A DNA stretch of 60,166 nucleotides, from the NCBI GenBank assembly GCA_030589945.1, contig JAUUZN010000002.1, positions 1 to 60,166 on the forward strand. The letters run 5' to 3'. This document shows, piece by piece, positions 50,418 to 60,166 of this stretch. A model generated the notes under the pieces. The model had not been told where the DNA came from, searched no databases, and worked only from the letters and a program-made list of their open reading frames with translations. The stretch comes from Gammaproteobacteria bacterium. Its GTDB lineage: Bacteria; Pseudomonadota; Gammaproteobacteria; Enterobacterales; GCA-2746155. A program made the position numbers and the translations under genes. Every line of letters begins with the position of its first letter. Position 1 is the first letter of the stretch.

Positions 50418-50630
50418 ATGCGTATAGGAATGAGAAATTTTAAAGAATTTCATAAGATGGCTGACTGGCGTACTTATGTAAGTACCTATATGAGTAACAC
50501 CAAAGAACAAGAGTCTGATTCAGAACTGAAGATTATTACCGGGCGAGGCGAAACAATTGCTGTTTGGCAAAAACATGGTTATGGCTACATTGAAGAGTGT
50601 CGCTCAGCAGAACGATTATCTGCGCAGTAA
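50418..50630 (+). CDS. Hypothetical protein
   Basis: Starts 4 nt after the csrA-like stop and is followed by a hairpin. Confidence 0.55.
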   Translation: MRIGMRNFKEFHKMADWRTYVSTYMSNTKEQESDSELKIITGRGETIAVWQKHGYGYIEECRSAERLSAQ

Positions 50631-50650
50631 CAGTGCATAAATTATTCAAA

Positions 50651-50675
50651 TGTAGAGCATGTTCTGTGCTCTACA
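50651..50675. terminator. Hairpin between convergent genes
   Basis: TGTAGAGCA-N7-TGCTCTACA. Confidence 0.7.
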
Positions 50676-50728
50676 GTTAAACTTCCAATTGTTATCATAA
50701 AAACCAATTAATCACAGTGTAATTTCAA

Positions 50729-52915
50729 TTAACGAGCCTGAGCTTTAGCTAATTTTCGATAGTGATGTAGAATTGGTTCGGTATAGCCATTGGGTTGGAC
50801 GATACCTGAAAATATTAGAGCAGAAGCGGCCTGAAATGCAAGACTCTGCTCAGTATTGTTTGACATGGGAATATACCATTCATCTGAACTGTTTTGTTGA
50901 TCAACAATACGGGCCATACGTATGAGAATTTCTTTTATCTGATTTTCAGTACAGATTCCGTGGAATAACCAATTTGCAATGTGTTGACTGGATATTCTAA
51001 GTGTTGCTCTATCTTCCATGAGCCCAACATCATGAATATCAGGAACCTTTGAACAGCCAATCCCTTGTTCTACCCAACGAACAACATAGCCTAGAATTCC
51101 CTGGATATTATTTTCAAGTTCAGTGGTTATATCTTCAGCCGTCAGCTTTTTGTTTGTAGGCATTAGTGGAATTGTGAGAATATCTTCAAACAGGAACTTT
51201 GCACTGCTTGCTAGTTCTTTTTGTACTGCTTGCACATCAGTTTGATGATAATGTAGAGCATGCAATGTTGCTGCAGTAGGGGAAGGAACCCAGGCGGTAT
51301 TAGCCCCTGATTTAGGATGCTCAATTTTTTGTTTCATCATTTGCTTCATTTCATCTGGCATGGCCCACATGCCTTTCCCTATTTGGGCCCTTCCATGAAA
51401 GCCGCAGGACAGACCCACATCAACATTATAGTCTTCATAAGCAGATATCCAAGGCTGTTGCTTAATCCCTGCCTTCGGCAAGAAAGCCCCAGCATACATA
51501 CTGGTGTGGATTTCATCACCAGTTCGGTCAAGAAATCCAGTATTGATAAAAATAACGCGATGTTTTGCAGCTCTAATACACTCTTTCAGATTAACGGTAG
51601 TGCGACGCTCTTCATCCATAATGCCAAGTTTGATGGTATTGGTTTTTAGTTTAAGAAGCTGCTCAACTGCAGCAAATAGTTTGCAAGTGAATTCAACTTC
51701 TTCTGGTCCGTGCATTTTAGGTTTTACGATGTAGATGCTGCCTGCTTGAGAATTACCTGAATTAGTACGATTGAGATCAATTGAACCAATTAAGCTAGTC
51801 ACTACAGCATCAATAATACCTTCGGGCAAGTCTTCTACTCCAATATCGGTATTCTGTAATAGCTCAGAATTCATCAATTGACCCACATTACGAGCAAACA
51901 GTAGAGATGTTCCTGAGAGTTGAAATTGGTTACCCTCTAAGTCAGTATATTGTCTGTCGGATTCCATTTGGCGAACAATAGTTTTATCTTTCTTAGTAAA
52001 ACTAACACTCAAGTTACCTCGCATGAGTCCTAACCAATTTCGGTAGGCAATTAGTTTGTCTTCAGCATCTACTGCAGTTACGGAATCTTCGAAATCAATG
52101 ATGGTAGTCAGTGCTGATTCAATAATGATATCTTGCATAGCAGCGATATCTGTAGCACCAATTTTACCCGTGGGGTCGAACTGTAATTCTACATGTAATC
52201 CATTATTGACTAGCAAAATAGAGCTTGGTTGTGCCATTAATCCTTTATAACCAAGCAATTGAAGTTGATTTTTGAGTGTTACCTGTTCGCCATTTTGTAA
52301 TGTCATACACAGGCTTTTGTTGTCAATAAAATAATTTGAGACATCCGTATGAGAACCTGTGGTGCAAGGGAAGCATTGGTCAAGAAAGTTTTTTGCATAG
52401 GCAATAACTTTATCGGCTCGTTTGTGACTAAACCCCGTTGAGTTTTTTTGAACAGTTTCACCTTCATTAATATCACTGTCAATGACGTCGGTCCCGTACA
52501 ATGCATCATAAAGACTACCCCAACGAGCATTTGCTGCGTTAAGTGCGAAGCGGGCATTGTTAACGGGTACTACCAACTGTGGTCCAGCGATCAATGCAAC
52601 TTCAAAATCAACATCGGTTGTTTCTATTTGAAAATCTTCTTCTTGTTTTAGGATGTAACCAATGTCATAGAGATATTGGATGTAATCTTCCTGAATAAAA
52701 TTTTTACCTTGATGTGTTTGATGGTATTCATCTATCTGTTGTTGCAAATGCTTCCGACGCTGAAGTAAAGCATTATTGCGAGGTGTAAAATTTCGCAAAA
52801 TTTGTTTAAAACCAGCCCAAAATTCGCTCTCTCCAACTTGAGTAAATGGCAAAACCTCATCATTGATGAATCTTGAAAATGTTTTATTAATTATTATTTG
52901 TTGTGAATTTGTCAT
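50729..52915 (-). CDS. glcB: Malate synthase G
   Basis: GPQLVVP..NARFALNAANARWGSLYDALYG, KPKMHGPEEV, NTGFLDRTGDE and LMEDRATLRI motifs. Confidence 0.98.
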   Translation of the reverse strand: MTNSQQIIINKTFSRFINDEVLPFTQVGESEFWAGFKQILRNFTPRNNALLQRRKHLQQQIDEYHQTHQGKNFIQEDYIQYLYDIGYILKQEEDFQIETTDVDFEVALIAGPQLVVPVNNARFALNAANARWGSLYDALYGTDVIDSDINEGETVQKNSTGFSHKRADKVIAYAKNFLDQCFPCTTGSHTDVSNYFIDNKSLCMTLQNGEQVTLKNQLQLLGYKGLMAQPSSILLVNNGLHVELQFDPTGKIGATDIAAMQDIIIESALTTIIDFEDSVTAVDAEDKLIAYRNWLGLMRGNLSVSFTKKDKTIVRQMESDRQYTDLEGNQFQLSGTSLLFARNVGQLMNSELLQNTDIGVEDLPEGIIDAVVTSLIGSIDLNRTNSGNSQAGSIYIVKPKMHGPEEVEFTCKLFAAVEQLLKLKTNTIKLGIMDEERRTTVNLKECIRAAKHRVIFINTGFLDRTGDEIHTSMYAGAFLPKAGIKQQPWISAYEDYNVDVGLSCGFHGRAQIGKGMWAMPDEMKQMMKQKIEHPKSGANTAWVPSPTAATLHALHYHQTDVQAVQKELASSAKFLFEDILTIPLMPTNKKLTAEDITTELENNIQGILGYVVRWVEQGIGCSKVPDIHDVGLMEDRATLRISSQHIANWLFHGICTENQIKEILIRMARIVDQQNSSDEWYIPMSNNTEQSLAFQAASALIFSGIVQPNGYTEPILHHYRKLAKAQAR

Positions 52916-53109
52916 ACTTATTACATTATTCCATCAATTAAGTGTTTAGACTGATCGTTACCAGTGTATTTTTTGAGAAATATGAAGCATAACAAAAGCC
53001 TGAATAGAAAATCATATTTACAAAAAAACTAAAATTAAGGAACTCACAAAATCATCAGTCGTTGATTCTTAAAAGGTATCCTAATTGTGCATGTATTTAT
53101 ATCGTTTAT

Positions 53110-53123
53110 TTGATCTAAATCAA
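53110..53123 (+). promoter_or_regulatory. FNR/DNR box of the heme-type TonB receptor
   Basis: Perfect TTGAT-CTAA-ATCAA, with -10 TACTAT at 53146-53151 (class II spacing). Confidence 0.88.
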
Positions 53124-53196
53124 CTCTAGAAATTATTGAAAGAATTACTATGCCGACAGTTGTAAGAACACAGCAATTATTGAGAGGGAATAATTA

Positions 53197-55389
53197 ATGT
53201 ATAAATTTTTTACGTTAGCAGCCTTAGGCCTGCTGATAAGCTTTATGCCGAGTTCTGTTTTACTCGCCGAAGACGATTCCGGTCGTGATACAGACGAAAA
53301 TACAGTGGTGGTGATCGCCAACAAACAGTCACGAACCGTTTTTGAAGTGGTTGGGGCGGTATCAATTATCGATGCTGAGTCAATCGCCATAACCAATAGT
53401 GAAAATTTAGCTGATGCTCTTCGCTATGAAAGCAATATTGACATGGAGAATGCAGGCGCTCGATTTGGTTCTTCAGGTATTAATATAAGGGGTATTGGCC
53501 AAAATAGAGTCGCTGTTGAAGTCGATGGTGTGTCCAATGCCAAGCAGTTTTCGATTGGTTCCTACTCCAATGCGACTTCAATATTTCCTGAAACAGATTT
53601 AATTAAACGTATAGAAATACTTAATGGACCGGCTTCAACTCTTTATGGAAGTGATGCCATTGGTGGCATTGTCTCGATTCAAACTTGGGATCCAGTTGAG
53701 TTAATTCAAAAATCATCCGCTGAGAGATATTCAAAATTACGCATTGCTTATGATGGCAAGAATCAAGGACAGGCATTATCGGCCATTACTGCATGGCAAT
53801 CTGAACAATTTGATTCAATGGTGTCGGTAACGACTCGCCAAGGTAAAGAGTTGCTAAATCATGATTCAATCACTACTCCTGCTGATTCTGTTGATTGGTC
53901 TGAAAATAATATTTTCACTAAATTTGTATGGAATACCAATGAATCAGATGTTTTAAGGATCAGTTTAAACGCATCAAATCGAAAACAGGACACAGAAATT
54001 AATTCATTTCTTGGTCAAGAGCGATTTTCAAGAACAACAGAGTTAATTGGTAATGATGCACAGGATAATTATAAAGTTATTGCGAATTATGATTTTTCCT
54101 TAGATAACAATTGGTTTGATGACGGCTTATTCAAAGCCTATTACGGTGCGACTAGTTTTGAACAGACTACCAATGAACTGCGTTCTTCACGCAGAGGTAC
54201 ACCACTTGCCCAATATCGATATTTTGAATATCAACAGAGTGAGGTGGGTATTGAGCTTAATTTAAATAAAACGCTCAATTCAGATAATGCTACTCACAGT
54301 ATGATTTTTGGCATTGACATAAATTATGCGTCAATTGAAGAACTAAGAGATGGCTCTGAGACAAACCTAACAACCGGCATTACTAATACGAGCATCCTCA
54401 GTGAGGAATTTCCAAGACGAGATTTTCCCAATTCAGACGTTGATACTGTGGGTTTATTTGTTCTGGATGAGATAAAGATAGACGGCACGCCTTGGACATT
54501 AATACCTGCGATAAGAGTTGATCATTATCAGCTCAGTCCATCTCGGGATAGTCTTTTCGATGCCAATGGTACTGATACTGAAATTGTGTCAATTAGTGAG
54601 ACTGACTTTTCTCCAAAGTTGGGTGCTATGTATGAATGGTCGGACAATACCAATGTCTACTTTCAATACGTTCACGGATTTAGAGCACCACCCTTCGATG
54701 ACGTAAATATTGGTCTTAATATTCCGTTGTTTAACATTAAAGCAATCGCTAATCCAGATTTGAGGTCAGAATCTTCAGATGGCTATGAAATAGGCCTTAG
54801 AACAAAATCAGAGGATCAGTACTTTGAAGCCACAGTATTTTTAACAAATTACCAAGACTTTATTGAGTCAAAAGCAATCATCGGAATCGAGCCAGAAACA
54901 GGAGCATTACTATTTCAGTCGCGTAATATTGAAGAAGCAAAAATTTCTGGTGTTGAACTATCGCACCGTTGGCAAATAGGCCCCCAACTTAAAAGTTATT
55001 CAACCTTATCGACAACTCGTGGTGACAATGAAATTACAAATCAGCCATTGAACTCAATATCACCTGCTAAATTTGTCCATAACCTTGAATGGACCGGCGA
55101 TGATGGTCATTGGTCTGTTAATCTTTATTCTAGTTTTGTCAAAAAAGTTTCGAGAGTTGATGAGACAAATAATGACTACTTCAAACCATCTGGCTATGCA
55201 GTTTTTGATCTATTTTATAATTATAATTTTAGTGATAAGCACCATATCCAGGTGGGTTTATTCAATTTAACCAATAAAAAATATTGGAACTGGCAACAGG
55301 TCAAAAATTTCTCAACCAATGAAACAATCATTGACTCTTTGTCACAGCCATCAAGGACACTATCGGTTTCCTATCATTTATATTTGTAA
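53197..55389 (+). CDS. TonB-dependent heme/hemoprotein-family receptor
   Basis: IEILNGPASTLYGSDAIGG plug, INIRGIGQNRV, GFRAP...NPDL loop, GLFNLTNKKYW. Confidence 0.88.
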   Translation: MYKFFTLAALGLLISFMPSSVLLAEDDSGRDTDENTVVVIANKQSRTVFEVVGAVSIIDAESIAITNSENLADALRYESNIDMENAGARFGSSGINIRGIGQNRVAVEVDGVSNAKQFSIGSYSNATSIFPETDLIKRIEILNGPASTLYGSDAIGGIVSIQTWDPVELIQKSSAERYSKLRIAYDGKNQGQALSAITAWQSEQFDSMVSVTTRQGKELLNHDSITTPADSVDWSENNIFTKFVWNTNESDVLRISLNASNRKQDTEINSFLGQERFSRTTELIGNDAQDNYKVIANYDFSLDNNWFDDGLFKAYYGATSFEQTTNELRSSRRGTPLAQYRYFEYQQSEVGIELNLNKTLNSDNATHSMIFGIDINYASIEELRDGSETNLTTGITNTSILSEEFPRRDFPNSDVDTVGLFVLDEIKIDGTPWTLIPAIRVDHYQLSPSRDSLFDANGTDTEIVSISETDFSPKLGAMYEWSDNTNVYFQYVHGFRAPPFDDVNIGLNIPLFNIKAIANPDLRSESSDGYEIGLRTKSEDQYFEATVFLTNYQDFIESKAIIGIEPETGALLFQSRNIEEAKISGVELSHRWQIGPQLKSYSTLSTTRGDNEITNQPLNSISPAKFVHNLEWTGDDGHWSVNLYSSFVKKVSRVDETNNDYFKPSGYAVFDLFYNYNFSDKHHIQVGLFNLTNKKYWNWQQVKNFSTNETIIDSLSQPSRTLSVSYHLYL

Positions 55390-55403
55390 TATCGAATGTT
55401 GGT

Positions 55404-55460
55404 TTGATATAGGTCAATATATTGCTTTAAAAGTAGGTCTAAAATCTTGATTAAGATAAA
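55404..55460 (+). promoter_or_regulatory. Two FNR/DNR-like boxes and a -10 element upstream of nirS
   Basis: TTGAT-ATAG-GTCAA (55404-55417), -10 TAAAAT (55440-55445), TTGAT-TAAG-ATAAA (55447-55460). Confidence 0.78.
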
Positions 55461-55544
55461 TATATTATGTCGGGTGTGAATTATTTTGTCCTGACCCAAT
55501 GAATTAATTTAACAGTAATTAGAAAAATAAAATCATAAAAATAG

Positions 55545-57704
<2,160 letters not shown>

Positions 57705-57739
57705 ACCGAATAACCGGGCTGTGGGTTTATTGTTCTTAT

Positions 57740-59116
57740 CTAACCCTCTCCAATGAACTCATAGCACGGTTTGTATTCTTTAGAAGCAAGTTTCATGCGG
57801 CGCTGCTTTATGAAAGCCTGAAGTAAGTTATCAACTTCAGCACATAAAGTAGCATCGCCTTTTAGCTTGTAAGGTCCATACTTTTCAATGGCTTCAATGC
57901 CATTTTCTTTTACATTTCCCGTCACAATCCCTGAAAAAGCTTTTCTTAAATTTGCAGCCAAAGAATGTTTACTCTGATTTCGAGTAAGGTCTAGGGCCGC
58001 CATTTTTTGATGATCGGGTTCAAAGGGTTGTTGAAATAAATCATCAATGGTCAGCCGCCAATTAAAGTGAAAGGCATCATCCATATCTTTTCTAAATTGC
58101 GTCACATTTGCCATACACTGTAAAAGTTCTTTTGCAACCTGATCGGGATCGTCAATGATTATTTTGTACTTTGAACATGCCTCATCGCCCAATGTATTTC
58201 TGATAAACCGGTCAATTTTGTCAAAGTAAGCCACGGAATCTTTATTACCAGTGAAAATGAGCGGCAAGGGCAGGTTGTTGTTTTTTTCGTCCAGTAACAC
58301 ACCTAGAATATAAAGAATTTCTTCCATGGTGCCTACACCACCTGGGAATACGATAATTCCATGTCCTAATCGTACAAATGCTTCTAGACGTTTTTCAATG
58401 TCGGGCATGATCACCAATTCATTCACTATTGGATTCGGTGATTCTGCCGCAATGATCCCAGGCTCAGTGATGCCAATAAAACGACCATCATGGATGCGTT
58501 GCTTAGATTGGCCAATGAGTGCACCCTTCATGGGTCCTTTCATCGCTCCCGGTCCACATCCTGTGATGATGTTAATTGCTCGTAGTCCTAATCGGTAACC
58601 TACATCCTTGGTGTATTCGTATTCTTCATCGGATATTGCATGACCTCCCCAACAGACGACCTGATTGGGTTCAATACCGGGTTTAATAGCCTGTGCATTG
58701 CGTAGCATGATGAAGATTGCATTGGTGATTAAATCATTGGAACTAAAATCAAAATCTGGATTGTTGGCCAATGCCTGATCGAGGAATACGATATCGCGTA
58801 ATACTGAAAAGAGATGTTCTCTTATGCCTTTGATCATCACGCCGTCAACGAACGCCTGATTGGGTGCGTTGATAATTTCGAGTTCTATGCCTCTATTTTT
58901 CTGTAAGACATTAATATCGAAATTTTCATACTGAGATTGGACGTGTCGGATATCATCGGTGATTTCAAGGCTATTGAGTACTGCCAATGCACATTTCTTG
59001 AATAACTCTTTAATACCTCCTTCTGAGCTATCTCTTATTCTTGAGACCTCATTGAGGGACAGGATGTTACTCGTTGGGTTGGGTCTGATGACTGTGTTTT
59101 GGAATTTATTACTCAC
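57740..59116 (-). CDS. ppnN: Nucleotide 5'-monophosphate nucleosidase (LOG family)
   Basis: VCWGGH, TGCGPGAMKGPMKGA, MPDIEKRLEAFVR and PGGVGT.EE motifs. Confidence 0.95.
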   Translation of the reverse strand: MSNKFQNTVIRPNPTSNILSLNEVSRIRDSSEGGIKELFKKCALAVLNSLEITDDIRHVQSQYENFDINVLQKNRGIELEIINAPNQAFVDGVMIKGIREHLFSVLRDIVFLDQALANNPDFDFSSNDLITNAIFIMLRNAQAIKPGIEPNQVVCWGGHAISDEEYEYTKDVGYRLGLRAINIITGCGPGAMKGPMKGALIGQSKQRIHDGRFIGITEPGIIAAESPNPIVNELVIMPDIEKRLEAFVRLGHGIIVFPGGVGTMEEILYILGVLLDEKNNNLPLPLIFTGNKDSVAYFDKIDRFIRNTLGDEACSKYKIIIDDPDQVAKELLQCMANVTQFRKDMDDAFHFNWRLTIDDLFQQPFEPDHQKMAALDLTRNQSKHSLAANLRKAFSGIVTGNVKENGIEAIEKYGPYKLKGDATLCAEVDNLLQAFIKQRRMKLASKEYKPCYEFIGEG

Positions 59117-59235
59117 GACTGCTCCGGTTTATTTTGATTTGTGCTTCCTAATGTTCTAACTATAGATGTAAACGTTGATTATTCATACTGATTGAGTTGT
59201 AACAATGTTTTATAGCTGGTTATTTCTTTGTATCA

Positions 59236-59349
59236 GGCCTCGGTGCCATTGGTCTATAATTGCTGGACGCCGTTAACCCGTCCATGGGGGCTTCGCTGCA
59301 GCATCCCTGCTGCAGAGACCTGCAATTATAGACCAATGGCACAGAGCCC
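59236..59349. repeat. Palindromic MITE/REP-like element
   Basis: Perfect 21-bp inverted repeats (59243-59263 and 59322-59342) around a GC-rich core (AACCCGTCCATGGGGG; TGCAGCA-TCCC-TGCTGCA). Confidence 0.8.
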
Positions 59350-59411
59350 TTTAATTGGCTGTTTTTTTTAGTTTCACCAGTAAAAAAACATGTCGTTTTT
59401 GGCGGGTTTTA

Positions 59412-59440
59412 TTGACTGTTTCTCTACTCATCGGTATAGT
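59412..59440 (+). promoter_or_regulatory. sigma70 promoter of queA
   Basis: TTGACT-N17-TATAGT. Confidence 0.7.
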
Positions 59441-59514
59441 CCGCTAGCTCAGTGAATACAGTGTGTTAGAACGATTTCTTATGCACATTTGCAAACCTAA
59501 AACAAAGAATTGTC

Positions 59515-60166
59515 ATGCGACTTAAAGACTTCAATTTTCAATTGCCGGAAGAATTGATTGCCCAGTATCCTCTTGAGGAACGTACTGCGAGTCGATTGCT
59601 TTGTTTGGACGGTGAAAATGGCGGTATAGAGCATCGGTATTTTGCTGATCTGTTGCAGATTGTTGAGGCGGGTGATTTGCTTGTATTTAATAATACTAAA
59701 GTAATTCCTGCTCGTTTGAGTGCGACTAAAAGTACCGGTGGTAAGGTTGAGATTCTTATTGAGCGTCTCACTTCTAATTTTGAAGCGCTTGCTTATATCA
59801 AGGCGAGTAAATCTCCTAAAGCGGGTTCTTTGCTTTTATTGGAAGATGGTACTGAGGTTGAGGTTGTTGGTCGGGACGATAATCTTTATCGACTAAAAAC
59901 TGTTGATGGGTCAGATTTTATGATTTATTTGGACGCTATGGGTCACATGCCATTGCCTCCATACATTAAGCGCGCTGATGAAATTTCTGACCGTGAACGT
60001 TATCAAACGGTATATGGCGAACATGATGGTGCTGTTGCGGCTCCTACTGCTGGGCTTCATTTTAGTGAAGAGTTGATATCAAAGCTTAAAGCTAAAGGTG
60101 TTGAAACTGGTTTTGTGACGCTGCATGTCGGTGCAGGGACTTTTCAGCCGGTTCGTGTGGATGATA
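59515..60166 (+). CDS. queA: S-adenosylmethionine:tRNA ribosyltransferase-isomerase, 3' end outside the window
   Basis: My translation gives [19 protein letters not shown]...[12 protein letters not shown]...[11 protein letters not shown]...ERYQTVY...[11 protein letters not shown]...TLHVGAGTF. Confidence 0.97.
   Translation, partial: MRLKDFNFQLPEELIAQYPLEERTASRLLCLDGENGGIEHRYFADLLQIVEAGDLLVFNNTKVIPARLSATKSTGGKVEILIERLTSNFEALAYIKASKSPKAGSLLLLEDGTEVEVVGRDDNLYRLKTVDGSDFMIYLDAMGHMPLPPYIKRADEISDRERYQTVYGEHDGAVAAPTAGLHFSEELISKLKAKGVETGFVTLHVGAGTFQPVRVDD

Noticed and set aside
53003-53021. Fur box upstream of the heme receptor
   Set aside because: Only a weak match in AT-rich DNA; not supportable without a PWM scan.
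59538-59771. Minus-strand 77-aa ORF, and similar short ORFs nested in longer genes throughout the track
   Set aside because: These are antisense or alternate-frame shadows of well-supported genes (here queA) with no recognisable motifs.

Overview
AT-rich gammaproteobacterial chromosomal segment, probably from a marine organism (inference from gene content), dominated by micro-oxic and anaerobic respiration genes. It holds a complete cbb3 oxidase locus (ccoNOQP-ccoGHIS plus a DsbD_2-type gene) and an ~11 kb heme-copper oxidase cluster (28.5-39.6 kb). Subunit I of that cluster has Gln where O2 reductases have the cross-linked Tyr (GHSSQQ), which points to an eNOR-type nitric oxide reductase. 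Its neighbours are an unannotated 48-aa subunit, CtaB, SCO, two different CtaA proteins, TlpA, a cytochrome b-ferredoxin-MvhD fusion and a degenerate second subunit-I paralog. A lipoprotein NirS with an extra N-terminal cytochrome c sits without heme d1 biosynthesis genes, directly behind a heme-type TonB receptor that has an FNR box. FNR/DNR boxes precede all four respiratory loci. Other oddities are a tRNA-Arg with the rare UCG anticodon, a metJ-pyk unit under five tandem Met boxes, a pabB-nudL fusion, a junction of two truncated genes (pdxA' and a cytochrome c peroxidase'), an A7 frameshift in an M1-M28-PDZ peptidase, tandem repeats spanning three stop codons, and two MITE/REP-like elements. 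All calls come from motif recognition by eye; no database searches were run.
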